Source: an uncultured Candidatus Peribacteria bacterium
GTDB taxonomy: Bacteria > Patescibacteriota > Gracilibacteria > UBA1369 > UBA12470
NCBI GenBank assembly: GCA_964538865.1
Contig: CAZIHU010000006.1
Coordinates: forward strand, 26,059 to 66,058
Length of the DNA: 40,000 nt
Direction of reading: 5' to 3'
Every line of letters starts with the position of its first letter. Position 1 is the stretch's first letter. The notes below the pieces were generated by a model, which saw only the letters and a program-made list of their open reading frames with translations, did not search any database and was not told the origin of the DNA. Both the position numbers and the translations under genes were made by a program. Shown here piece after piece: positions 29,068 through 38,900 of the stretch.

Positions 29068-30292
29068 ACTCCCCAATCACCGCCGTCTTAATATTTTCCT
29101 CCTGAAGCAGCCCCTCCGCCACTCTCCTCACATCCGCAACGCTAACCTTCTCAATCCCTTCAAGAACCTCATCCATATCCCTCACTTTCCCATACAAAAG
29201 CTCATACTTCCCAAGCAAATGCGCCATTTCTTCACTATCTTCAAGTTTCAAAATAATTTTTCCCTTCATATATTCCTTAGCCTTCTTTAGCTCCGCCTCA
29301 GGAACATCTTCCTCTCGCACCAAACGATACTCCTCCCGGATAGCATCGAGAGCCTCCTTAACACGCTTTGTATCAACACCCGCCCCAGTCGAAATCGCCC
29401 CGCAATCAGTATAATCATCAGTCGTCGTCCGAATATAATAACAAAGCCCTTTTTGCTCACGCACAGACTGAAACATCCGCGAACTCATCCCTCCCCCAAG
29501 AATCACAGCAAGAACCTGTTTCGCAAAATGATCCTCATGCATTTCCGGCACACCAAAAGCACCGCAAACAAGATGCACCTGTTCGGTTTTTTTCTTATGA
29601 ATATTCTCTTTTTTATCCGCCAAACCCTCCTTAAAAGGCTCAAACTCCAGCCCCTTCTCCCGCGAATCGAATTTAAATTTTTTCTCAATCAAATCTAAAG
29701 CAACATCTTCCTCAATATTCCCAACAACCGAAACAACACAATTATCAGCCGAATAAAGCTTTTCCCAATAATCCGCAAAATCCTCATGAGTGACACCCCG
29801 AATCAACTCCTTGGTACCAATCTGATCCCAACCCATCGGCTGATCACCAAAAACAAGCCGCTCAAAATCCCACCCAATCTGATACATCGGCGTATCCTGA
29901 TACATATTGTACTCCTCCATAATCACACCTCGCTCATTATCAATATCCTCGGTAGCAAACTTCGCATTGATAAGCATATCCGAAAGCACATCCGCCGCAG
30001 TCTCCGCATGCTCCGCCGCAACTTTCACGTAATAACCGGCATACTCCTTACCTGTAAAAGCGTTGAAAGTCCCCCCAATCCCATCTATCGCCTCACTTAC
30101 CGCCTTAGCATTTGGATACTTCTTCGCCCCTTTGAAGAACATGTGCTCCAAGAAGTGTGAAATCCCACGGAGTTCCTGTGTTTCATACCGCGATCCCGCT
30201 CCACAAAGGACGAGGATTGTTACTGCCTTGGTTCCGTTGAGCTTGTTCGTTATTATGCGAAGGCCGCTATCTAGGGTTGTTTTTTTGTGCAT
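29054..30292 (-). CDS. M16 (pitrilysin/insulinase) family zinc peptidase
   Basis: The 412-aa protein has an inverted zinc-binding motif HFLEH (..GISHFLEHMFFKG..) at the canonical N-terminal position, followed by ..NAFTGKEYAGYY.. and ..ERGVIMEE.., as in M16B peptidases. The start is ATG. Confidence 0.85.
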   Translation of the reverse strand: MHKKTTLDSGLRIITNKLNGTKAVTILVLCGAGSRYETQELRGISHFLEHMFFKGAKKYPNAKAVSEAIDGIGGTFNAFTGKEYAGYYVKVAAEHAETAADVLSDMLINAKFATEDIDNERGVIMEEYNMYQDTPMYQIGWDFERLVFGDQPMGWDQIGTKELIRGVTHEDFADYWEKLYSADNCVVSVVGNIEEDVALDLIEKKFKFDSREKGLEFEPFKEGLADKKENIHKKKTEQVHLVCGAFGVPEMHEDHFAKQVLAVILGGGMSSRMFQSVREQKGLCYYIRTTTDDYTDCGAISTGAGVDTKRVKEALDAIREEYRLVREEDVPEAELKKAKEYMKGKIILKLEDSEEMAHLLGKYELLYGKVRDMDEVLEGIEKVSVADVRRVAEGLLQEENIKTAVIGEYDFV

Positions 30293-30380
30293 AAGAGGAA
30301 GAATTTATGATTTTTTTTGCATATTGAAAATATGGTATTACGGTGGAATTTACAAGGGGTTAAGTGGTACACGCCGCGAT

Positions 30381-31241
30381 TCATGGCGCCTGAGCCCGCT
30401 TCATATGCTCTTGGTACTTGAGGTCGATCGCATTGAGCTTGGGTGCTTCGCGGAGACGCCACTTCTCAGGTGGGTCGTGTTCGTTCTCGATCAGGCCTGC
30501 GTGGGCTAGTTGATGATGTTCATCACAGAGAGCGACTATTCGGTTGTGATTCTGCGTGGCAGCATATCTATCTGGGTGGTGGTAACAGGTGTGTGGCTTG
30601 TTGCAGCCTGGAAATGTGCATTTGCCGTTATTGTCGGTTTCTCGTTTCTTCTGGGCTGAAGGGTTGCGACCGGTTGTTCCTTTGGATTTTCGAGTTTTCT
30701 TGGGTGGTTCTTCTGCTTGGTCAAGGAGTGTTTTGAGTACTTCCCCGAGTGGAACCGGTTCTCGACGTTCTTTTTCTAGCCTCTGTTGATATTTTTTGAG
30801 CTTGAATTGGGTGTCTTTGTCGAGTTTGAATGTTACAGATTGAAATTCCGAGCCGGCTCGGAATTCACAGGTTGGGGCTTTCATTTCTCGTGCGTGTTGT
30901 TGGAGAGCGCTTTTGGGTAAGGTCTTAACTAATTCAACTTGTTCCTCCTCTGAAACCGGGATTGATGCTGCTACTCTTACTTTTGACCAGCCTTCGTTTA
31001 CTATTTGGGCTTTCAGTTTAGGCTTATCCTCCACCTTTTTATAAGTCCTCAATATTTCGTCTACTGTAGATTCATTCAAACCAGCTAACTTTTTCGCAAA
31101 TTCATAAATCGAATACATATTATGTTTCTTCCACAATTCTCTCTTCTCAACTTCCGGCAATAATTCAGCGAATTTCCTACTCCACATTCGAGTCTTAGCA
31201 CCGCATTCACAGCATAATTTGTATAGTTCTTTGTCTGTCAT
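30381..31241 (-). CDS. HNH endonuclease domain protein (free-standing)
   Basis: The C-terminal region reads CTFPGCNKPHTCYHHPDRYAATQNHNRIVALCDEHHQLAHAG (Cys pair, H-N-H residues). The N-terminal helical region with a lysine-rich linker resembles the DUF222/HNH architecture. The start is ATG with an A-rich context (TCAAAAACAA-ATG). Confidence 0.8.
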   Translation of the reverse strand: MTDKELYKLCCECGAKTRMWSRKFAELLPEVEKRELWKKHNMYSIYEFAKKLAGLNESTVDEILRTYKKVEDKPKLKAQIVNEGWSKVRVAASIPVSEEEQVELVKTLPKSALQQHAREMKAPTCEFRAGSEFQSVTFKLDKDTQFKLKKYQQRLEKERREPVPLGEVLKTLLDQAEEPPKKTRKSKGTTGRNPSAQKKRETDNNGKCTFPGCNKPHTCYHHPDRYAATQNHNRIVALCDEHHQLAHAGLIENEHDPPEKWRLREAPKLNAIDLKYQEHMKRAQAP

Positions 31242-31516
31242 TTGTTTTTGATGTTTGGTGTTTTCGCTGTCGCGAAAACGGGTTAATAATATGGCCCGGG
31301 AATCGCTTCGCTTTCTCGGGCTGTTAAAGTACTAATTATATACCATAAACGAGACCCGATTAACAGGAGTCCGGCTGGACAATCACACTGAGTGAGTGTG
31401 CGATAGCATTTTCCGCATTGACGCATGCCGAAATATGTCTTTGCATCTCATCCTCGCAACCACATCGCAACCGCGCGTGCCAAAATATGCTCCGCGTCTC
31501 TCACCACGCACAATAC

Positions 31517-32107
31517 CTAAGCAAGCACCCCCGCCCTATCAGCCCACAAAATATTAAGAACTTCCACCATATCAGAAGCATCCAGAACCTCATCCAGTTC
31601 TTCAGGCATATCCATAGTAAACTCCATAGGGCCTTCTACGCCTGCAAAACAAATATAATCACCACTGTCCCGATACTCAAAAGGTCGATCTCTAGCATCT
31701 TCAGCCGGCATCCCAAAATCCCCCAAAACACCATTGCACATGCTCACAATCGCTTCAATCTGTATAGCATCGAGCTCCTTAGAAATCAAAATATCCCTAA
31801 CCGCCTCCGGCACATCCGGCATCTCATCAAATTCCTCCATATCCAGATCACCTACCTCCGACTCACCAGGCTCATCAGGCTCATCTGGCTCATCAATCGA
31901 TTCTCCAACTCCTTCAACCAAACCTACATTCTCCTCCTCATACCGATCCGCCAACCTCTGAACAGCACCAACCCACGACTCCCCAGCAGACTGCTCCAAA
32001 CACCAAGCCAACGCCTCAGCTTTTTGCTCATGCGTCATATTATCGACCTTAGCCCGAACCAGCAAAGGATCAAAATTTATCGCCTCTCCTGGCTCCAATT
32101 TATTCAA
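31517..32107 (-). CDS. Hypothetical acidic protein; C-terminus carries one copy of the private repeat module
   Basis: The track start at 32107 is a TTG that overlaps the upstream TGA (TTGA), and the first ATG is at 32038 (MTHEQKAE..). The C-terminal ..RDRPFEYRDSGDYICFAGVEGPMEF..DMVEVLNILW resembles the modules of the 784-aa protein (APFY.EG...FAENW....EVLNALM). Confidence 0.6.
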   Translation of the reverse strand: MNKLEPGEAINFDPLLVRAKVDNMTHEQKAEALAWCLEQSAGESWVGAVQRLADRYEEENVGLVEGVGESIDEPDEPDEPGESEVGDLDMEEFDEMPDVPEAVRDILISKELDAIQIEAIVSMCNGVLGDFGMPAEDARDRPFEYRDSGDYICFAGVEGPMEFTMDMPEELDEVLDASDMVEVLNILWADRAGVLA

Positions 32108-32571
32108 ATCCCCACCACCTCACGCGCCTCATGCAACTCCTTTACATAAGCAAAATATTTGAAAGGATCCGTAGCAACATCCACTCCAAAATGCTCCTGC
32201 GCCAAGCCAGACAACGTAACATCACCCGATTCAACAGTATAAGAAACCTCTTCCGGAACACCATCGCCAGGTGCAAACCCCACCTGCAACCCATCCAAAT
32301 CCTCACCAACCTCCCCCGCCAAATCCTCACATTCAGGAAGCTCCCTAAACAAAAACTCTTGAGCATCCGCAACAGCTCCATCCGCAATATCAGCCTGAAA
32401 ATCAAACTGCGGACTATACGCCAAACTCGTAAAATCCATGACCTCACCCACACTATACTCAGCCGCCCCCTCAGGATCCTCATACAACCAAGACATCGCA
32501 TCCACATCCATATCGGTATCCGCATCAGCCTCTGGATCTGCACCTAATTCTGGGTTTTGGGATGGGGGCAT
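32104..32571 (-). CDS. Hypothetical acidic protein with C-terminal LysM-like segment
   Basis: The 155-aa protein has an ATG start 9 nt after the upstream stop. The C-terminal SYTVESGDVTLSGLAQEHFGV.. resembles the first half of a LysM motif (YTV..GDTL..IA..YGV). There is no signal peptide. Confidence 0.6.
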   Translation of the reverse strand: MPPSQNPELGADPEADADTDMDVDAMSWLYEDPEGAAEYSVGEVMDFTSLAYSPQFDFQADIADGAVADAQEFLFRELPECEDLAGEVGEDLDGLQVGFAPGDGVPEEVSYTVESGDVTLSGLAQEHFGVDVATDPFKYFAYVKELHEAREVVGI

Positions 32572-32580
32572 GGTGAGTTA

Positions 32581-34935
32581 TTATGATTTATTCTTCCACC
32601 TAAGATATGCCGCATTCAAAAACTTGGCATATTCATCCAAATCAATCCCGGAGAACCCTTGCGAACTAAGCGTAGCATTATCAACAACCGTATCATCAGG
32701 ATCAATGTCAAGACCTATCATATCAAATTGGGCCCAGTTTTCAGCAAACTTAATACCATCACCCTCACGATAAAAAGGTGCCCTCTTCCTTTTTGACTCA
32801 ACACTTTCATCGGAATATTCAGTCAAAATCCTACTAGAAATCAAGTCCAAACGACGCCTTTGAGCAGGCGACAACGCTGTCAATGTATCAAACTCACTTA
32901 ACTCTTCCTCAGCTAAAGCAACTTCCTTGCCGGCAACATTGACCTTGAAGGCTTCACCCTCCGAAAGTGCTTCTGGTGCTTCCGCCTGGCCACCTTGCTG
33001 TCTCATATAACCAAGCATCAAAGCATTCAAAACCTCAGCACACTGCATCAAGTTCAATTCGCCCAGTCCCCTCTTGTTAAGATCTCCACTGGTTAAAACC
33101 GTATCATCAGGATCTAAATCCATACCTATCACATCCAAACGTGCCCAGTTCTCAGCAAACTTTAAATTACTTCCTTCAACATAAAAAGGCGCAAACCGCC
33201 TGGCAAAATCCACACTTTCATCCGTATAATCCACCATAATACTTTGAGCAAACATCTCTAAGCGATGTTTCTGATCCGAAGACAACCCTTCCAAAGTACC
33301 TCGAGTACCATCCGCTAATGTGTCATAAGGCAAAGAAAGTGAAGTATCTCGAACCTTCATATCAAAAGAAGAACCGCTCACCCCAGTAGTTTCACTAGGT
33401 TGAGCATACTCATACATCAACGCACTCAAAACCTCCGTAAACTGACCCGCATCCACCCCCTCAGGAATAGCGTCCACAGCTAACACTTCATGATCAGACC
33501 CAAAATCCGCAAACATAATATAAGCTCCTTCAGAATAAAAAGGCATAGCACGTCTACTCCTGCCAAAACTTTCAGTCCATTTACCTGCATGCTCTCCAAT
33601 TATATCTGAAACCAATAGATTAAAATCAGCCGTAGTCAACGCCGACAACGCCTCTCTCGTCCCTGGTTTAAGCACCGAATAATCCAACGTCACCTCCGTC
33701 CCACCAATCGTAAACGCCATACTCTCATAAGGAACCAATTCTTCTTCCGGAGCCTCATCTTCAGAAGGAACCTCACCATCATCAGGCGCATCATCAGGAG
33801 CAACCTTAACAGCCTCCGCAGTCTTCTTAACCCTCATATTCAAATCATTAGTCTCCTCTTCCCACACCCAGCCATCAAGCAATTCATAATCATCCTTAAC
33901 CTGACTTTTCAATATAGGCAAATTCTTAACCTGCCTCAAAACACCTTTCTCAATCGCATCATCAAGCTCAAGCACAGTATCTTTAGGCATAGCATCCAAC
34001 TCACCTACCTCCGCAATCTTCCTCACATCCCAATAACCATCACTACCCGGCTCAGCATCAGGATTAATCCACTCCCAACCCTCAGCTTTATTAACACCCT
34101 CACGCGTCAGTCCACCATCCATCTCATAACCATCCTTTAGCACAAGAACACCCTTATCAAACCCCTCAAGAGCAGTTAACTCAGTATCAACAGGCGCCGC
34201 CTCACAATACCCACCAGTTTCCACCTCCTTCTCCGCCCTAGTCCGCAAACCAGGCATCCATCCTTCCTCATTCGTACCAATCGTCCCATACCAGTCAAGA
34301 GACCCAGCAACCTCCTCACAAATACCATCCCAACCTTCCGCAACATCATCCCATTTAAGCACCTCACCAGGGTCCAAAACATTCGGATCCTTGTCGCCTT
34401 CCCTCGAATCGTTAATCCTCTTTACTATCGCAAAAGCTAACTGCGGATGTGTTTCCCAATTCACATCAAACTTATCCTTCACAAGCCCAGACAAAGTATC
34501 GCCTCTCTTAACCGTATGTGTCTCGCCACGAAGATCCTCTGGAAATTTCGGAAGGCCATCTGCATCGACCTCAAAGCCAACATCAGCGTCATCCTCAGGT
34601 TCAGCTTCTGCTACTGCAACCGCATCACTAAGAGTAACTCCATCTACTATCGATTCCTCCAACTTATCTAAATCACCTGCCAAAACAGCTTTCAAATCGT
34701 CTACATCTTCTATGTGGCTCAAAAAATCTATCATCTTTTGCAAAAACTCCTTCTGAAGAGCCTCATCTATACCATCCGCAGTATTCTTCTCTACCAACTC
34801 GGTTATCTTAGCTAAAAACCCAACAACATCCACATCATCATGTGCAGCATCTAGCCCCTCAATATTCCCTTTCTGCGTATCAATCTCCCCCTTCAGCTCA
34901 TCCACACTTTTTGTTATTTCTGCTCCTGCTGTCAT
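32581..34935 (-). CDS. Hypothetical 784-aa protein: LysM-like segment plus three ~115-130-aa private repeat modules
   Basis: The start is ATG. The LysM-like segment is HTVKRGDTLSGLVKDKFDV....VLDPGEVLKW (34351..34520). The three C-terminal modules share F.V......L.....L..LS..Q..RL......I..(D/E)Y.DESV...R..APFY.EG...KFAENWA..D.IG.D.DPDDTV, at roughly 33400..33725, 32990..33385 and 32584..32960. There is no signal peptide and the protein is very acidic. Confidence 0.7.
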   Translation of the reverse strand: MTAGAEITKSVDELKGEIDTQKGNIEGLDAAHDDVDVVGFLAKITELVEKNTADGIDEALQKEFLQKMIDFLSHIEDVDDLKAVLAGDLDKLEESIVDGVTLSDAVAVAEAEPEDDADVGFEVDADGLPKFPEDLRGETHTVKRGDTLSGLVKDKFDVNWETHPQLAFAIVKRINDSREGDKDPNVLDPGEVLKWDDVAEGWDGICEEVAGSLDWYGTIGTNEEGWMPGLRTRAEKEVETGGYCEAAPVDTELTALEGFDKGVLVLKDGYEMDGGLTREGVNKAEGWEWINPDAEPGSDGYWDVRKIAEVGELDAMPKDTVLELDDAIEKGVLRQVKNLPILKSQVKDDYELLDGWVWEEETNDLNMRVKKTAEAVKVAPDDAPDDGEVPSEDEAPEEELVPYESMAFTIGGTEVTLDYSVLKPGTREALSALTTADFNLLVSDIIGEHAGKWTESFGRSRRAMPFYSEGAYIMFADFGSDHEVLAVDAIPEGVDAGQFTEVLSALMYEYAQPSETTGVSGSSFDMKVRDTSLSLPYDTLADGTRGTLEGLSSDQKHRLEMFAQSIMVDYTDESVDFARRFAPFYVEGSNLKFAENWARLDVIGMDLDPDDTVLTSGDLNKRGLGELNLMQCAEVLNALMLGYMRQQGGQAEAPEALSEGEAFKVNVAGKEVALAEEELSEFDTLTALSPAQRRRLDLISSRILTEYSDESVESKRKRAPFYREGDGIKFAENWAQFDMIGLDIDPDDTVVDNATLSSQGFSGIDLDEYAKFLNAAYLRWKNKS

Positions 34936-34947
34936 AATTAATTTAGA

Positions 34948-35292
34948 TTAAATATTATTTAAACATTTTGTAAGCTCCTCATCCGCCTTATTCGCATCTC
35001 TCGCATGATCCGCATCAGCAATCTTTTTCATACTTTTCGCCTTAAAACTTTTAAATTTACCCATAAACTCCTTAGCAGCCTCCGGATCCTTCTTAAAATT
35101 CTTAGCGATCAAATCCTTAAGACCATTCTTATTCTTCTCCAAAACCGCAATCAGCTTCTGAATATGCTCCTTACCCATAAAAAACACCCTAGCCTGCCAA
35201 TCCTTTCTCTGACGAGCAGATAGAAGCGGATTCGACGTAAGTAGCTGATTCGCATAAGTTTTCAGGTCTGCAAGTGTTTTTGTAGCCGCCAT
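34948..35292 (-). CDS. Hypothetical lysine-rich helical protein (114 aa), first gene of the promoter-proximal unit
   Basis: It has an ATG start and a strong promoter 30 nt upstream. The next gene starts 12 nt after its stop. Confidence 0.6.
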   Translation of the reverse strand: MAATKTLADLKTYANQLLTSNPLLSARQRKDWQARVFFMGKEHIQKLIAVLEKNKNGLKDLIAKNFKKDPEAAKEFMGKFKSFKAKSMKKIADADHARDANKADEELTKCLNNI

Positions 35293-35321
35293 AGATACGA
35301 TTTTTTTATTTTTATCTTAGA

Positions 35322-35350
35322 ATTATACCATGATTAGAGAGAAAAAGCAA
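35322..35350 (-). promoter_or_regulatory. Near-consensus promoter (TTGCTT - 17 nt - TGgTATAAT)
   Basis: The minus strand reads gtcTTGCTTtttctctctaatcaTGGTATAATtctaag. The -10 ends 29 nt upstream of ATG 35292. Confidence 0.7.
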
Positions 35351-35396
35351 GACCCTCGTAATGGTTCAATAGCTTCGCATCACCACCACCCGCAAA

Positions 35397-35482
35397 GGTT
35401 TTGTTTAATTCCGAAAAAGCTTCTGCAGCACTACCACCAGGCACCAAAACAAAGCCGCGAAAAAGGAATTTAAACAAAAACC
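35397..35482. repeat. Nested long-hairpin intergenic element, copy C
   Basis: The arms GGTTTTGTTTAATTCC (35397..35412) and GGAATTTAAACAAAAACC (35465..35482) pair. The left half (CCACCCGCAAAGGTTTTGTTTAATTCCGAAAAAGCTTCTGCAGC) aligns with copy A (CCACCGCAGAGGTTTTTGTTCATTTTGCGAAAACATCTGCAGGC). The right arm ends 6 nt from the stop codon at 35489. Confidence 0.7.
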
Positions 35483-35488
35483 GCCTCC

Positions 35489-35935
35489 CTACCCCCTCTG
35501 ACTCTCAAGAAACTTATAATCAATAAACCACTGAGGCAGATAGGCATATGGCACTCCATAAAAATCATCCGCAGGAAACGTTTCACTCCCCACCAATTGC
35601 TCTATAATAACCAGGTTTTCCTCTCCCCGCCTAATAAACTCCTCTCCGTTCTCAACTCCATCTCTGCGAACCTTATTAGCTCTATATTGATGAGCAATTT
35701 GCGCCAATAGATACAATCTTTTCCTAATATCAGGAATCGACATTAACTCATGACTAATTTCCTCCAGCCTATGTGCAGGATCTTCATCATTCAACGCTAT
35801 CTCCTCCAAAACAAAAGCCACAAGACCCTGATTCTGTTCCGTCGGAGGCACCTGAAGGTCAGTCATTAAACCCTCAAGTTTTTCCATCGTATTAACGGAT
35901 GGGCTTTCGCCTAGATCTCCCATTGCATCTGTCAT
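35489..35935 (-). CDS. Hypothetical protein (148 aa)
   Basis: The ATG start lies 30 nt after the stop of the giant upstream gene, and hairpin element C follows. I recognise no family. Confidence 0.6.
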   Translation of the reverse strand: MTDAMGDLGESPSVNTMEKLEGLMTDLQVPPTEQNQGLVAFVLEEIALNDEDPAHRLEEISHELMSIPDIRKRLYLLAQIAHQYRANKVRRDGVENGEEFIRRGEENLVIIEQLVGSETFPADDFYGVPYAYLPQWFIDYKFLESQRG

Positions 35936-35965
35936 TTTATAATTTAGTTAAGAATAACATACTTT

Positions 35966-38900
35966 TTAGTTAGCCAAATCCAATATCACCTGCTGCAGCT
36001 GACGAAATTCCGGCTCCGCAGCAAATAACCTCTCACGGGCAGCCTTAAACTGCTCAAAAGTCCTTGCATCCATCATGGCTTCAGCAGCCTCATACCTAGG
36101 GTCATTACTGGGAACATCTGCACGACTAAGGTAAATTGACAAACGAGCATTTAAACCATTTCTCATATGAGTCGGCATACTTTCAAAATCCCCTTGCTTT
36201 ATACCCAATATCCCAGCCCAATTCCCAATCCCAAATGCAAATCTCTGGCTATATTCAGCATCAAAAGCCTGCCTCGCCTCATGCATCTCGCGAACAGCTA
36301 TCTCTTCAGTCAAAAAACTGCGATGATGTAAAGCTTGCTCATAGTCCACAATCAGATCTTGATCAGTAGGATTATTTTCAAGTTGTGCTCTAAGCCTTTT
36401 TATTTCAGCATTACGCTGACTCAACCTCGTCCTTAACATATCTATACTCTGAGCTGCAGAATATACCTGAGATACCCTCACTTCCATAACACCATTCGCC
36501 CCAACAATACGCAAAGTCCCCTCATTCACCTCAAGAGCCGTCTTAAACCTACTCGCAGTTAAAGGCTCCGCACCCTGCCCCTCCAAATAATCATTAACCA
36601 TCTTCAAAAATTGTGTCGTCTCAAAAGAATACTGAGAATCAAAAGAACCTTCCAAAAGCTCCCTGGTAGTAGACTCTTCCAGATTAATTCCAATCACAGC
36701 ACGTCCATCCTTATCAAAATCAACCTCAAACAAGTTCCCTCCGTACCTGCCTCCAACCATACCTAGCGTAAACTCCCCGCTCTTGAAGAAAATATTATCA
36801 ACAGCATCCTTAAGAAGATCCGCCTCAGCTAACGAAAGCTCCCCTTCAATAACTCCTTGATCCAGCAATGCCTTCAATTCCGCTTTAAGACCCATTACAA
36901 CAGGGTTATCTTTGCCACCGGCCAACCCCTCTTGCTGAGCCGTTTGCAACAGACCCAAAAGCTTAAGCGCCTTAGGATTAGTTGCAAAAACCTCAGGTAG
37001 TTTTTCATTACCAAACAGAGCCATATTATCACTAAGCCTAATAATCGAAGCCATGGTATCCATAGGACTGTTCGGATCATAAAATATCTCAGTACCATCA
37101 TGATCCCTGATAAACCTCTTCATCTGCTCAAAATTCTCTTCACCAAGAACCTCTCTAAACAACTCAGACTGTGAATCCGAATCCAGCAACATATCGCTAA
37201 CCAGAGGATGCAGCCCTGTACCATCAACCCCGGAAGCACCTATCGCAGCTGTATATCCCATATCATGACTGATATGAGTCATCATCATGAGCAAAGTATG
37301 CTCAGGAGTAAAATTATATTCAGAACCCTGTTTAAACTGCAGCTCTGCCATCAGCTTCTTCGCAACTCTAATATTTCCCAAAATATGCCTGATCCCATGA
37401 TCACCCAACTGCCTCCTGGTAGTCTCCATCGTCTGAAAGAACAATTTCTCAACCGAATCCTCCACAAGCAACCTAGTCTGCTCAACAGTCAAACCGGCAT
37501 CACCGGCTTCTTTAACAACATCATTAATTAAAGACTGAACAAGAACCCTATTATCTAGAGACAAAACTCTCATCCCCTCTTGCATACTAAGATGACTAAG
37601 CATCTCCGACGCATGAAGCTTCATAGCTTCTTGAAGAGCAGGATCGCTTGCCAAAGTTTCACTACCGCGAGCTTTCAAAACAGACATTTGCCTAGAAATC
37701 GCATCCAGCTTAATCTGACCCCTCTCATAAACTCCATACATCGAATGTAACATCGTCATCTCCTCGATTTTTGGATCCACCATGCCTCGAAGCATCTCTT
37801 TCTGCTGCTGCACTTGTTCGTTCCTGGTCTCAAGCCATGCTTCTAAAGTTGCAAGGTTCTTAGCCTCCGCATCGACTCCCACCTCTACAGGCTGCCCGGC
37901 TCTCTCCAATATAGACTTAACATCAGCAGCTTTAATCGTACCGTTCTCAATAGCCGCAACCGTAGATTCAGCAACATCCACCCTAGCAGCACCAAAATCA
38001 CTTTTCACTTTCTTCAACATCTTCGGATAATTCTTGGCCATAACCGCATGGATAGCCCCATATTCCGCAACAAGTGCACGAGGGTTGTCTCTATTCACTT
38101 CTCTATTTGCTTCAAATCTATTCCTGAACACTTCCAAGAACTGCTCTGGATAATCCGGAGACGATTCATCCAAGGCACCCAATTCTTCTTCAATATCTTG
38201 TCTCAATTCGGCAACACGCTCCCTCACATCACCTCTCCTCTCAGCAACAAATCCTTTTGACTCCGCCTCAGCTCTCGCCCGAGCTTCCGCTTCAGCTTCC
38301 ATAGCACTTTTTATCACCTCAACATCACCCGCCTTCAAATCCCCACTCGGCTTAAATTTCACAACTTCCGTTCCTTTCCGCGCCTCAAACTCACCATCAG
38401 CATTCATCCCCGTAACAACATATCCATCCTGCTCAAGAACAGCCAAAAATCCTTCACCAGTCCTAGCCGTCAAACTATCATAAGAATATCCTCTGCTAGC
38501 TTGATCAAAATTCACTCCATAACGCTTCGTCGCCCCCAAAAACTCACCACCTCTCCTCAAAGTCCGCCTCATAGCCGGACTCTCACTAGTAGGAGCAAAA
38601 GACAATGTATTCGTAAAAGCCTTTCCATTCACAGTTGATTCAATCGTACATGTAATAACTCCATTAGCATCTACTTCAACAGCACCTTCTGTACCATGCT
38701 GAGCCTCCAACGAAGCAATCAAGCCGTCCTGCATATCTTGTTTATATTCATAATTACCCCTTGATCCATTACCATGCGTCTCCTGACCCAAAAAAGAAAC
38801 TCCGCTCGAACCATCCAAGCCCGCAGCCACATTTTGCCCGTCAAGACTGTTCCAAAACATAACTGCGCCACCTAAAGCAGGACTTATACCGTTGGCAACA

